From positions 45,713,907-45,777,906 of the forward strand of contig NC_068995.1 in the NCBI RefSeq assembly GCF_001194135.2: DNA of 64,000 nucleotides, written 5' to 3'. This DNA is from Octopus bimaculoides. Taxonomy: Eukaryota. The notes under the pieces are model-generated. The model was given only the letters and a program-made list of their open reading frames with translations. It searched no databases and was not told the DNA's origin. The position numbers and the translations under genes are program-made. Below are positions 36,631 through 49,666 of the stretch, in pieces. Within the stretch, counting starts at the first letter, position 1. Every line of letters begins with the position of its first letter.

Positions 36631-39429
36631 TAATTCGTTTGATATTGGGTCAGAATTTGAAACCATCTTATAATAAATCTGCTTGGCCCTCCATGACTTA
36701 ACTCTGTCCATAATGCTTCCACGTGATTAGTTGAGGGGGAGAGAGGAGGGGGTGTTGAGAGGTGGTGATGAGTGAAATGTGTAATTTTTTTTTTTGCCCT
36801 CATTACTTAACCCATCTGTAATGCTTTGCCTCTCATTCCTTACTGGGGCAAGTATAAGTACCTGGGTCAATTTAACCAGTCAATTCCCTACCTTTTTTTT
36901 TTTCTGTGCCTATGTTAGAAAAAATTATAGTTATTTCTATCAGGCTGGTGGAGCAACAGACAAACTACCTTGTGGTATTTAGTTGTGTGTTGATGTTGTG
37001 AGTTCAGATCCTGGCAAAGTCAAATTAGCTTTAATTTTAATTTTCTGGCTTAAGAAAGTAAATTACCAGTTATGTAATGGGAATGATTTCAACAACTTAA
37101 CCCAATTATCCTTCGTTTTTTTTAAACATCTTTTTTTTTTAAGGCGCCACATGGTTCTAGGTTCAGTCTCAGTGTGTGGCACTTTGGACAAGTGTCATCT
37201 ACTATAGCTCCAGGCTGACCACAGTCTTGAGTAGATCTAATAGATGGAAACTGAAAGAAGCCCATTGTATGTATATATGTATATATATATATATGTGTGT
37301 CTGTGTTTGTCCCCCACCACATTGCTTGATAACCGGTGTTGGTGTGTTTACATCCCAGTAGCTTAGCGGTTCAGTGTAAGAGACCGATAGAATAAGTACT
37401 AGCTTAAAAAAGTACTGGGGTTGATTTATTTGACTAAAAATTCTTCGGGGTAGTACTCCAGCATGGCTGCAGTAATGACTGAAGCAGATAAAACAAAACA
37501 AACAAACAAAAAGAACAGCTTTGTATCTAAGTAATCCTTATTTTTATTAACAGTAATATATTGGGGGCTGGATACAATTGATTCCACTTGCTCCTTTCTA
37601 CAACATTCGTAGTCTCACAAATACCAGAAATTTTTTTTTTTTTTTTTAAATAGGAAAGCATTGGACTGGCAGAATCATTAGGATATCAAAACAAAATACC
37701 TTGTAGTATTTATTCCGGCTCTTAAGATTCTGAGTTCAAATCCCACCAAGGTTGACTTTGCTTTTCATCCTTCCAGGATTGATAAAATAAAGTACCAGTT
37801 ATGTACTGGGGGATGATGTAGTCAACCTATCCCTTCCTCTATCGAATTCGAGGCCTTGTGCCTATGTAAAATAACCTTTATTGTTCAGAGGGTGTGGTAG
37901 ACATAGTATTGTTGGAGCAATAGACAAAATATCTTGTGTGGGGTGTTTTTTATGGCGCTTCTTGTTCTGAGTTCAATTTTGCCTTTCATCCTTCTGAGAT
38001 CAATAGGATAACCAGTTAAACACTGGGATTTAAATTAATCAACTGCTCTGTCCTCGGAAATTTCTGGCCTTGTGCAGAGCAAGAAATAAAATGCCTTCTG
38101 CTATATACTTATATATCTTTACGTTCTGAATTAAAATCCTATCACAGGTGACCTGACCTNNNNNNNNNNNNNNNNNNNNNNNNNNNNNNNNNNNNNNNNN
38201 NNNNNNNNNNNNNNNNNNNNNNNNNNNNNNNNNNNNNNNNNNNNNNNNNNNNNNNNNNNNNNNNNNNNNNNNNNNNNNNNNCCAAATATGAGGCCTCGCA
38301 CCGACATTAGAGATTTATGTTACTATTTTTGCTTTCTTTCTTTGCCCCTTTTAAACAGGAAAGAGACAATCTCAATAAGTTGTGTTTTCAAGTGTCTGTC
38401 TGTCTGTCCATCTATCTGTGTGGCTCATCAAGCCGCAAAAAATAAATTAAAAAGAAAATTTGAACACAAACCTACAACAAAAATATCCAAATTTATTTAT
38501 CATCATCATTGCTATGCCATGGAATAAGGGAATATTTTAATGGTTTCTTTTTTTTTTTTACTTTCTTCTTCCTTCTTTGTCTCATGTAAAACTTTGGAAT
38601 AAACAAAATATTAAAGCCTAATGAGTTTATTTGTTTATTTATGTAAAATTTTGGTAGGAAAAATTAACGATGATTGCAAGTTTTCAACTGGCCAATCATG
38701 ATTCATTGTATTCCAAAGAGAAAATAAGGGAGTGTTTGTAACTTGGTACAAAACAAATATCACAAGACTGATATACACACACAGATACATGTACATACAT
38801 ACATTACACATTATGAATGTGCATGTGTTTGTATATATAATGTACAATTCCATTATTGGTGGGATCAACAAACAAAAATACTCCCTCCAGTGAGATATGT
38901 GTGTATATATATATATATATAAATATATATATTTCTTTTGAGAACTATTAGGTCTTAGCAGACACAACATGTGGTCTATTTCTAGTATATTAAATGTCCA
39001 CTTTACTGGTCAACATTATATATATAAACANNNNNNNNNNNNNNNNNNNNNNNNNNNNNNNNNNNNNNNNNNNNNNNNNNNNNNNNNNNNNNNNNNNNNN
39101 NNNNNNNNNNNNNNNNNNNNNNNNNNNNNNNNNNNNNNNNNNNNNNNNNNNNNNNNNNNNNNNNNNNNNNNNNNNNNNNNNNNNNNNNNNNNNNNNNNNN
39201 NNNNNNNNNNNNNNNNNNNNNNNNNNNNNNNNNNNNNNNNNNNNNNNNNNNNNNNNNNNNNNNNNNNNNNNNNNNNNNNNNNNNNNNNNNNNNNNNNNNN
39301 NNNNNNNNNNATATATATATATACCATTTAATTTTGAGCTATTATTAGTTTCATTGCACAAAACTAGGATTATCAGTCAAACTTGTGTAGCATACTGGGT
39401 GTTTCCAAGCAGAGGCTTTTAAAAGACTA

Positions 39430-39785
39430 CTTAAATTTAAATACAGCTTCTCCTCGGGTCAAAGATTTGAGCAAAGTCAACTCCAACACTGGGACCAACT
39501 TCATGCAAGCATGAAGGCACACTGGCAAAATGCTGTTCCTCTAAATGGAAACCTTACCTGTCATTGTGGTTTTGTGGCACAAAGCAAAGCAGGCCTTGCT
39601 GTCCACTCAAGAAAACACAGTAAATGATCCACAAGCAAACTGAGTCCTCAACTTGTTACCTTTGCCAAAAGATTTGCAAGGCACCAGCAGGCCTCAAGAG
39701 ACATTCGTGCCCTTAGAACATGGTTAATGCTTTATTGTACTGAAACTTCATTTGTCGTTCACGACAAGGGAATCCATCATCACTC
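39430..39785 (+). mobile_element. Degenerate RTE-clade LINE 3' end
   Basis: LTCHCGFVAQSKAGLAVHSRKH and CYLCQKICKAPAGLKRH zinc-finger-like C-terminal motifs; ends cacgacaagggaatccatcatca. Confidence 0.55.
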
Positions 39786-40000
39786 ACATATATATACTTA
39801 TTTTCTTATGTATATCTTTTATCATTTACTTGTTTCAGTCATTACACTGTGACCATACTGGAGCACCATCTTGGAGAATTTTTAGCTGAATAAATCAATC
39901 CCATTAGTTAGCACTTTTTTAAAGCCTGGTACTTATTCTATTGGTGTCTTTTGCCGAACTGCTAAGTTACAGGGAAGTAAAAACTTTGTAAAATTACGTT

Positions 40001-40087
40001 TCATCTGATGATTATAGCTTTTTTGTAATGGAGTAATTAATGTTCTCGTTCTTCTACTAAAAAATGTGTAAGAAACAGCTGTAATGA
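40001..40087 (+). ncRNA. Type I hammerhead motif with long stem II
   Basis: tcat-CTGATGA-ttata...tgtaa-GAAAC-agct-GTA-atga; stem I tcat/atga; same ACAGCTGT stem III as the 11548 copy. Confidence 0.72.
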
Positions 40088-42795
40088 GCTGACAATGATC
40101 CATTATCTGTTATTATTCATTTGATTTTACATATATATATATAGTGCTGGTGGCACATAAAAAGCACCATTCAAGCATGGTCGATGCCAGTTCCGCCTGA
40201 CTGGTTCTCATGCCGGTGGCATATAAAAAGCACCCACTACACTCTCGGAGTGGTTGGTATTAGGAAGGGGATCCAGCTGTAGAAACATTGCCAGATCATA
40301 TTGGAACCTGGTACAGCCTTCTGGCTTGCTAGTTCTTATTCAAACCGTCCAACCCATGCCAGCATGGAAAGCACATGTTAAACAATGATGATGATGACGA
40401 CGTAGATATATATTTATGTGAATTATTTCATTTTTTGGAACAATGCAACAGAAGCAGCCTTTGAATTTTTTTTATACAAAGTGCATTTTTACTCAATATC
40501 TGCATGTTATTTACAGCTTAATCTGCTTCAAGTTTCAATGTTCCAAAATAGAATTATTTCATGTTCTCTCAAGGCTTCTAGGTTCTTATAATGTCAACAC
40601 AGACCCAAATACAAATGCACTTACAAGGCATTGGTTAATGTAGGCCTATTAGAGAAGATATTTGCTCAGCATGCAGCATGATGTAGTGGTGGTGTCCCCC
40701 AAATAATGTGGTTGTCAAGCAAACATCTTAACTGCACAGCCATTCCTGGGGATAACAAAATTATGACTGACATGTTTTTCAAGACTCACAAAAGCATTGA
40801 AATATGGGGTTTCCAGAGTCTTAATATTTTAAACAACTCCCTTCATATCAAGATACCCTTTGCAGTACATAGAGGTATATCACTTGGAAACCACTTTCCT
40901 ACTGTTTTACAAAAATGGGGTGTTATATGGGAGAATGCGGTACTACATATACAGTGAAGGGGCGTGGCTTAGTGGTTAGAGGTGTTCAGCTCATGATTGT
41001 TAGGTTGTGAGTTCAGTTCCTGGTGATGCATTGCAAGACACTTTATTTCACGTTGCTCCACTGGCAAAAATGAGTAGCACCTGTAATTCAAAAGACTAAC
41101 CTTATCACATTCTGTACCATGTTAAATCTCCCTGAGAACTATGTTAAAGGAATGCATGTCTGTGGAGTGCTCATCCATTTGCATGAGTAGACAGTTCTGT
41201 TGGTTGGATCGACTGGGACCCTCGTCGTAAACTGACAGACTGCTAGTTACCTATATAGTGTCTAAATAGAAGACAGGATGGTCACATGTGGAAAATCTTT
41301 AATCATAAGTCAGCCCAATCATGGCTCACTTGGAGGTTAAACAAATGTCTCTGATCCTGTTACTTTGGGAAAAGAAGTGTTGTGGTGTTATGAAGTTGCA
41401 AAACCCTTGGTCAATAATGACCAAACAGACCTCTGTTCAATGAAGTTCCAGATAAGACCATTCTTTGGCTTTCCGACAAGTGTAATTTGAATGAGATGTG
41501 ACTGCTATTTCTAGCAAGCCAGCAACCATAAAACATTTCCACTACTGTCCCCTGTTTTTCTTAAATTTTTTAAAATTTTTATTTAGTCATAAATTAGGTG
41601 AAAGCACATGGCCTAGTGGTTAGTGTGTTTCTTTCACAATTGTGGAAACACTGTTTCGATTTTCAGACTAGGTGGTGTATTGCATTCTTGAGCAAATACT
41701 TCGTTCGATGCTGCTCCAGTCCACTCAGAAGTAAAGGAGTTCCAGGGAGATCTGGTGAGTTAATCCCTGTGATGGACTAGCATCCTATCCAAGGGGAATG
41801 TCTTTGTCATTTACAAACCATGGAAGCCAAGCAACTGACTGCATGAGTCCTAGGAATTGAAACAGTATTTATTTACATAAATTAGGACAGCAGCACATAG
41901 TTGGGACATTTTCCTATGCGGCTGACCATATAACTATGAAACTAAAAGTGGAACCCACTTGTCAGTCAGGCAGACTGAGCCAGGCACAATAAAACAGCAA
42001 GTTGAGATGTTCAGAAGCATAACAGAATGGGTGCTAGCAACGAGGTTGTTTTGAAATCTATCATGCAACAGTCAATAGCCCTGCTGACCATGCAGTGGTC
42101 CTACTGTTCATGCTCATTTACTCAAGACAGCCAAGATGCAGGTTTTAGGAAATAAAGAAAAAAAAGAAAACAACAGGTTGAAAAAACAAAACAAACAAAA
42201 ATAAACTGGAAGAATAAAAGCAAATTTGATTTTTTGTCTTTTTTTTTTTTAACTAAAACATGTATACATTGATGGGATGTCAAGGTGAAATTCTTTAAGA
42301 AATGGTAAAGTTTGATTTGGTTTATTCACAAAAGAAAAAAAAAAGTAGGCACAAAAGATTTGAACAGGAAATTTGGATTATCCTTCTCATCACCCACCCC
42401 TAAACACAAGCAAGTTTCAATGATAGGCTTGTAAAATTATTAAAATTTCTTTTTTAATTAAAATTTTAAAAATTTGTAAAAATCTCAACTGCTTTTGATT
42501 TATATAATCTTATGTGTTTGTGTATATTATATACACCTATCTATATATATTACATAAGTATGCATGTGTGTGTGTGTGTGTGTTTATGCAATGAGTATAA
42601 GCATTGATATGAAAGCCACAAAGACAATTGAGAGATGTTGACTGGAGATTAAGGACAAATTTAACTCCATTTTAATCAGTTTCAAGTGGGATACAGACAC
42701 TAGGTTTAATCTGTAGGAAGAACCTAAGACAAACACTTAGACAGACAAATATATGAATATACAGATAAACCACACATAGACACACACACATACAC

Positions 42796-42868
<73 letters not shown>

Positions 42869-45764
42869 AGAGGACTTCTTTTAGTTTCTAATTTCTTTAT
42901 TGCCCACAAGGGGCTAAACATAGAGGGGACAAACAAGGACAGACAAAAGGATTAAGTCCATTGCATCGACCCCAGTGCATAACTGGTACTTAATTTATCG
43001 ACCCCGAAAGGATGAAAGGCAAAGTCGACCTCAGCAGAATTTGAACTCAGAACGTAACAGCAGATGAAATACCGCTAAGCATTTCGCCTGGCGTGCTAAC
43101 GTTTCGGCCAGCTGGCCGACTTCTTTTAGCTTCTGTCTACCAAATCCACTCACAAGGCTTTGGTTATATATATATGTATGCACACGCACATATATAAAAT
43201 ATACAAAGATATACACACAAACACACACACACATATTTATATATACATGTATGTACATATACATGTATATGTGCACAGCCGTCCTATGATTTCACTTTGC
43301 TTTTAGCTGATTTTTTTTTCATTTTATGTCAACCACCAGAGACACCAACACTGCCACATCAGTTTTTCCATTTCACTTCTTCCATAGTGATGTCGGCCAC
43401 CACTCTCTAAATTAACAATTGAGTTGGGTTTTTTTCTTTCTTTCTTACTTTCATTTTTTTTTGTGTGTGTGTGTGTGGTAAATCTTTTTCAAGAATAAGT
43501 TAATAAATNNNNNNNNNNNNNNNNNNNNNNNNNNNNNNNNNNNNNNNNNNNNNNNNNNNNNNNNNNNNNNNNNNNNNNNNNNNNNNNNNNNNNNNNNNNN
43601 NNNNNNNNNNNNNNNNNNNNNNNNNNNNNNNNNNNNNNNNNNNNNNNNNNNNNNNNNNNNNNNNNNNNNNNNNNNNNNNNNNNNNNNNNNNNNNNNNNNN
43701 NNNNNNNNNNNNNNNNNNNNNNNNNNNNNNNNNNNNNNNNNNNNNNNNNNNNNNNNNNNNNNNNNNNNNNNNNNNNNNNNNNNNNNNNNNNNNNNNNNNN
43801 NNNNNNNNNNNNNNNNNNNNNNNNNNNNNNNNNNNNNNNNNNNNNNNNNNNNNNNNNNNNNNNNNNNNNNNNNNNNNNNNNNNNNNNNNNNNNNNNNNNN
43901 NNNNNNNNNNNNNNNNNNNNNNNNNNNNNNNNNNNNNNNNNNNNNNNNNNNNNNNNNNNNNNNNNNNNNNNNNNNNNNNNNNNNNNNNNNNNNNNNNNNN
44001 NNNNNNNNNNNNNNNNNNNNNNNNNNNNNNNNNNNNNNNNNNNNNNNNNNNNNNNNNNNNNNNNNNNNNNNNNNNNNNNNNNNNNNNNNNNNNNNNNNNN
44101 NNNNNNNNNNNNNNNNNNNNNNNNNNNNNNNNNNNNNNNNNNNNNNNNNNNNNNNNNNNNNNNNNNNNNNNNNNNNNNNNNNNNNNNNNNNNNNNNNNNN
44201 NNNNNNNNNNNNNNNNNNNNNNNNNNNNNNNNNNNNNNNNNNNNNNNNNNNNNNNNNNNNNNNNNNNNNNNNNNNNNNNNNNNNNNNNNNNNNNNNNNNN
44301 NNNNNNNNNNNNNNNNNNNNNNNNNNNNNNNNNNNNNATATATATCATATATATAGTTTTAGGGAAAAGAACCAAGATTCATTATCTTTATCTTATGATA
44401 TTTACTTTGTATTATATTATACTTATTTATTGTGCTTTTAATTATTAATTTTTCTGTATGTGACAGTGGATCTTCATCGATGAGTTCATGAACCTTGGTT
44501 CTTTTCCCTAAAACTATATATATATATTTTTTTTATACTGTGAAAGTTTAATTTTAATAAATTGATTTTGAGGTTTTACCTGTAATTTTGGATTTTATCC
44601 CTAATATCATTATTTTATATATATATATATATATACACACACACATGCATGCATATGTATTGTATATGTTCATTGTATACTTGTGTTATATATATATATA
44701 TTTTATATACATTTTGCAAATATATATGTATATATTCCAAATGGAGTAGATAAGATTTGCAACCTTCTATGTCAATAAACCACTAATGTTCCTGAAAGTT
44801 GTTTTTCATACCTTCTATGGACTGCTTAAAGCTAACTTCCTACACATTTACATATTACTATATATATATATATATATTATTCACACACACAGACACATAT
44901 GTATATATTCTTATGACATTCTGTTTAGTGGGTTGCCAATACTCCTTGTTTTTGTTTTTGATTACCTAGCTGTTCTATCATCTGTGCACAATGCTGCACT
45001 GAAATGGTTAAGTTAATTCCCATATTAACATATCCAAGTATTCCTAATTTCCATAATAGAAGAAATAATTATCTGTTCCTCTCATCAAAGACCTATAAAC
45101 CCAATCGCACTTATATTCATCAAAATAAGAAATTCCTGTCCCTTTTTAAACGTCGAAAAATTTCACTCTACTGGTGATAATGATAATGATGATGATGACA
45201 ATAATAATAATAATAATAATAATAATTGGCACAAGGCCAGCAATTTTGAAGGGTGGTTCAGTCCATTAAATCAACCTCAAAACTGGTAACTGACCCCAAA
45301 AGGATGAATGACAAAGTTGACTTCTGCAAAATTTGAACTCAGAAGACAAAGAGCCGGCGCAAATACTGAATGAATTTTGTCGAATGTCTGCCTACCCACC
45401 ACCTTGGTAACAATAATAATAATAATAATCTTTTCTACTGAAGGCACAGGGCCTGAAATTTTGGAGAAAGGGATAGTTGATTATATCAACCCCAATACAC
45501 AACTGATACTTATTTTATCAACTCCGAAAGAATGAAAGGTAAAGCTGACCTCGGCGAAGCATTTTGCCCAGCATGTTAACAATTCTGCTTGCTCGCTGAT
45601 TTAATAATAATAATAATAATAATAATAAAAATAATAATAATAGTAATAACAACAACAACAACTGTAGTAATCATAATAATAATGGTAATAATAATAATAA
45701 TAATAATAATGATGACAATGAAGAAAATGTGATGAAATTAAAAAAAAAAAAAAATAAATGGAAT

Positions 45765-46392
45765 TTAATTACATATTTTCTTAGGAGGATTTTCTAATTG
45801 CTCACACTCCTCCTCTTCATTAGTTTCTTCGTTTGAAATGAGGGTAGCGGGTCGTTTATTTACAGGTGGAATGCAGTTTTCATTTGAATCTTCAGTATCA
45901 GTCAAATCTGGATCGTCAGCCACCACACTGTCCTCTGTCAACTGCACTACATCTTTCTTATCTTCTTCTTCTGTTTTGATAGCTATAGGCACTGTATCTT
46001 TGGATTCTTCAGCTTCAGTCTTCTCACACTTGACTGCATCTGTAGGCTCATCTTTTGCAGAGTTGGCTAGTTTCTCCCGATACAAGTCTCGTCTGGATTT
46101 CTTACGCTTCAACAACATCCTCGGACATTTCTCTCTCGGTTTTGTATTTACAGACTTCAGAATGAAAGAAAAGCCGGAATACTCCGGAATGTCGACATCG
46201 AGTAGCTGGCAGACTCCCTTCATCACTCTGTCGACATAAGCATTGATGCGTAAGTCACAAAGACGATCGAGTGGCGTTGGCTGTAGATTAACGAGAACGA
46301 GTTTACCTCCGTTTTTCTTTGTTAAAACTGGGATACGTCCACTTGGTTTAATCTGTAAGGAGGTGCCAAGACAAACACTCAAATCTGCAAGT
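45765..46392 (-). CDS. SIRT6: Sirtuin 6 terminal coding exon with acidic tail
   Basis: tatttcag|ACTTGCA...TAA; LADLSVCLGTSLQIKPSGRIP...KLVLVNLQPT...VDRVM, then an acidic tail to ENPPKKICN*. Total CDS 1236 nt = 411 aa. Confidence 0.96.
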
Positions 46393-46914
46393 CTGAAATA
46401 AACCAAAACAAGAAGATACTAAAAAAAAAGAATATCTTTAGCATCATTTAAAGGAACTTAGAAAAAGCAAAGAAAAACCGAAGGAGAAAGGAGAAAATAT
46501 TAACCCTTTAGTTTCCACATGTCTACTGAAATACACTGCCTGTGTCGCAATTAATTTAGAAAATAACTAAGAATTTAGTAAAATAACTTTGCCATCATTA
46601 ATCTGGTGTTTGCAATGTAAATTAACAGTGGAATTCTTATTTAAGGTTTTAATTTAGATCACTTTAAAACTGGGTAGTAGTAGCAGAGACAGGGAAATAA
46701 AAGAGCATTTTCTGTGAGTGAGAATTTGGAACATGATGGTAGTAATTCCTTGCTAATCAATAATGGATAACTAACTTTTGGGTGTGGTCTAGGATATTTT
46801 TTTTCCTTTTATTTAGCATTATTATTGTCAATGTCTTGGTCATTCAAAGAATTTAGCAGCAAAAACTATTCAAGATTTAGTGTTTAAAAAATTTTTCTTT
46901 TGAAAATTGATTAC

Positions 46915-46995
46915 TTTGCTTCCTTGTTGGCAGCTTGGAGATCATCTTCAGGTAAATTATCTTCCCAGTCCAATATTGTGTCAGTCAATTGGCCC
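46915..46995 (-). CDS. SIRT6: Sirtuin 6 coding exon 5
   Basis: atttcag|GGGCCAA...GCAAA|gtaatc; 81 nt; GQLTDTILDWEDNLPEDDLQAANKEA(K). Confidence 0.95.
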
Positions 46996-48048
46996 CTGAA
47001 ATAATAATAATAATAATAATTATATGATTTTTTTTATTGGCCACGTGGGCCAAAGACATGGAGGACAATATCGAAGGATGAGTTACAGAACACAAAAAAA
47101 AACAAAAACAAAAAATACAAAAATCTTAGCTGATTGGAGGTATTAACATGTACAAGTTTTGTCCTGGTATAAAAGATGGGCTACAGCAAATATTCTGTTC
47201 AATGCCACAAATTTGCTTGTTAGTCGCTTGACCTCAACCAGTTGAGCATGTCCCTTGGTGGCTGACGATATGTGCATCTCTGATTGCGAGCAGGAATAGC
47301 GGGGGAGCATCATAGCAATGTGTTGAGAGGAATTTTTTGAGATTTGAATAATTCCCACCATTTTGTTCATCATCCTTATTCAGGGACCTCTTGAGCTGGA
47401 TGGGCTACTGGACCTGAAAAAAATTCTAACTGGGCCCCTACCTACAAGGTCATGTGCTGTTTACCTTGATATGAAGTCCTCATGTTGTGTATATTTGGTT
47501 ATGATGCTTGTACCTGTTGTACTCTTATCAGAAGGGTAGTTATTATGGGTGTATTAGTCTTCGTAAATTTGTAACCTAGTGTCACTTTGATAGCATGAGC
47601 TGCTCTCTCAATAATAATGGTTTTAAATTTCGGCACAAGACCAGCAATTTTAGGGGGAAGCGGCTAGTTGATTAGATCGATCCCAGTTCTTGGAACTGAA
47701 GAATGCTACTTATATGATGGTGACAATTTATGAGTGTGTATCAACTAATGATGTAAACATCATTGAGAAAATAAAAGTGTTTCTCAAACTAATATATCTT
47801 GTGATATTGGTTCTGCACCTAGTTACATAAGACTCCCTTGCCCCCATTTCACTGTCCAAAATACAGAGAACCAGAGACTGAGCGTCGGCAAAAAAAAGGA
47901 AAAAAAGCCCCTGTAACCGACAGTACTAAGTCACCATTTGCCATATGGAGTGTGTCAAGGGAGATAATCTGCTCAGTTTTATGAAGTGGTGGGGGGACAT
48001 GCACAAAAAAGATAACATAATCCAAGAGTGTAGAGCAATGAAATTTAC

Positions 48049-48134
48049 CTGCAAATTCCTCTCATTTTCATCTGTAAACAATTATCACCTGTATGTTTCA
48101 AACCCATTGTTGGTACTGAGGACTCACTGATGTA
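48049..48134 (-). CDS. SIRT6: Sirtuin 6 coding exon 4 (Zn-binding Cys 3 and 4)
   Basis: ttttcag|TACATC...TGCAG|gtaaat; 86 nt; YISESSVPTMGLKHTGDNCLQMKMRGIC(R). Confidence 0.94.
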
Positions 48135-48164
48135 CTGAAAAATAATAATAACAATTAACAATCC

Positions 48165-48378
48165 TTTCTACAATAGGCGCAAAGCCAGAAATTTGGGGGA
48201 CAGGGATTAGTTGATTACATTGACCCCCAATACTCAACTGGTACTTAATTTATTGACCCTAAAAGGATGAAAGGCAAAGTTGACCTCGGCAGAATTTGAA
48301 CTCAGAACGTAGCAATGAGCAAAATACCGCTAAGCATTTTGTCCAGTGTGCTAATAATTTTGCCAGCCTGCTGCCTTA

Positions 48379-48416
<38 letters not shown>

Positions 48417-48803
48417 TAACAACAACAACAATAATAATAATAATAATCCTTTCTACTATAGGCACACAGCTTGAATTTTGTGGGGAGTGGAGGACAGTTA
48501 ATCACCTCGACCCAGTACTCAACTGGTACTTAATTTATCAACCCAGAGAGGATAAAAGGCTAAGTTGACCTCGGTGGAATTTGAATTCAGATATGTAGCG
48601 GCAGATGAAACACCGCTAAGCATTTCGCCTGGCATGCTAACCNNNNNNNNNNCAGTGTTCAACTGGTACTTAATTTATGAACCCCGAAAGGATGAAAGGT
48701 AAAATCGACCCCGGCGGAATTTGAACTCAGAATATAGTGGCAGATGAAATACCGCTAAGCATTTCGTTCAGTGTGCTAACGATTCTGCCAGCCTGCTGCC
48801 TTA

Positions 48804-48834
<31 letters not shown>

Positions 48835-48935
48835 GTTTCAAATTTTGCCACAAGGGCAGCCATTTTGGGTGAGGGTATGAGTCGATTACACAACCCCAGC
48901 GTTCAACTGGTACTTATTTTATTGACCTCGAACGG
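48165..48935 (-). mobile_element. Tandem chain of about 4 SINE copies in SIRT6 intron 3
   Basis: Repeated gaatttgaactcaga and ctgccagcctgctgccttaaataataat units. Confidence 0.8.
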
Positions 48936-48938
48936 ATG

Positions 48939-49189
48939 GAAGATGAAGACGAAGAAGAAGACGAAGATGAAGAAGAAGACGAAGAAGAAGAGGAAGAAGA
49001 CGAAGAAGAAGAAGGAGACGAAGGGGAAGAAGAAGATGAAGAAGACGAAGAAGAACACGAAGGAGACAAAGAAGGTGAAGAAGAAGACGAAGAAGACGAA
49101 GAAGAAGAAGAAGACGAAGAAGAGGAAGAAGACAAAGAAGGAGACGAAGAAGACAAAGAAGAAGAACAACAACAACAACAACAACAACG
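48939..49189 (+). repeat. Compound (GAA/GAC/GAG)n tract followed by (CAA)n
   Basis: About 230 nt of GAA-dominated triplets, then caacaa..; lies in SIRT6 intron 3. Confidence 0.9.
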
Positions 49190-49259
49190 ACTATAATAAG
49201 CATGGCCGCAGCCTAATGACTGAAACCAGTAAAAGAAACAAACAAATAAAAGCTTTTAC

Positions 49260-49387
49260 CTGGATAAAACATTTATCGCATTCCTCAACGAACATATTTC
49301 CATGAAGCTCAGCAAGTCGATTGCGTGGAAACCCTGAACGTAAATGCAGACCATCGATATTCTGACTGATCAGAAAATGGACAAAGC
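49260..49387 (-). CDS. SIRT6: Sirtuin 6 coding exon 3 (QNIDGLH, catalytic His, first Zn CxxC)
   Basis: taccag|GCTTT...ATCCAG|gtaaaa; 128 nt; (G)[42 protein letters not shown]. Confidence 0.96.
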
Positions 49388-49558
49388 CTGGTAATAAAAA
49401 AAAAAAAGAAACAAAAAGTTTTACTTAAAACATAAAGTCTGTCTACTTTATAACTTTTACAATGGTTTTTCTCTTTTAATTCTTAATACACGATTATCAT
49501 CATCAGCTTATTATTAAGAATAAACTTATTAAAGGAATGGAAAATTCTAAAGCCTTAC

Positions 49559-49666
49559 CAGCTTTTTCAAGAGCCACCAGGGCCATGTGTGTTAGAGTTG
49601 GTTTGGCACTTTCGAATGTTATATCGACTTTAGGTTCCTCTCCACGCATTTCCAGCGTCCAGACTC
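49559..49666 (-). CDS. SIRT6: Sirtuin 6 coding exon 2
   Basis: gtaacag|GAGTC...GCTG|gtaagg; 108 nt; (G)[35 protein letters not shown]. Confidence 0.96.

Noticed and set aside
48936-49196. 86-aa poly-Glu/Asp ORF and the overlapping poly-Lys, Ser and Phe ORFs
   Set aside because: Translations of a GAA microsatellite inside SIRT6 intron 3; no splice signals or unique sequence.
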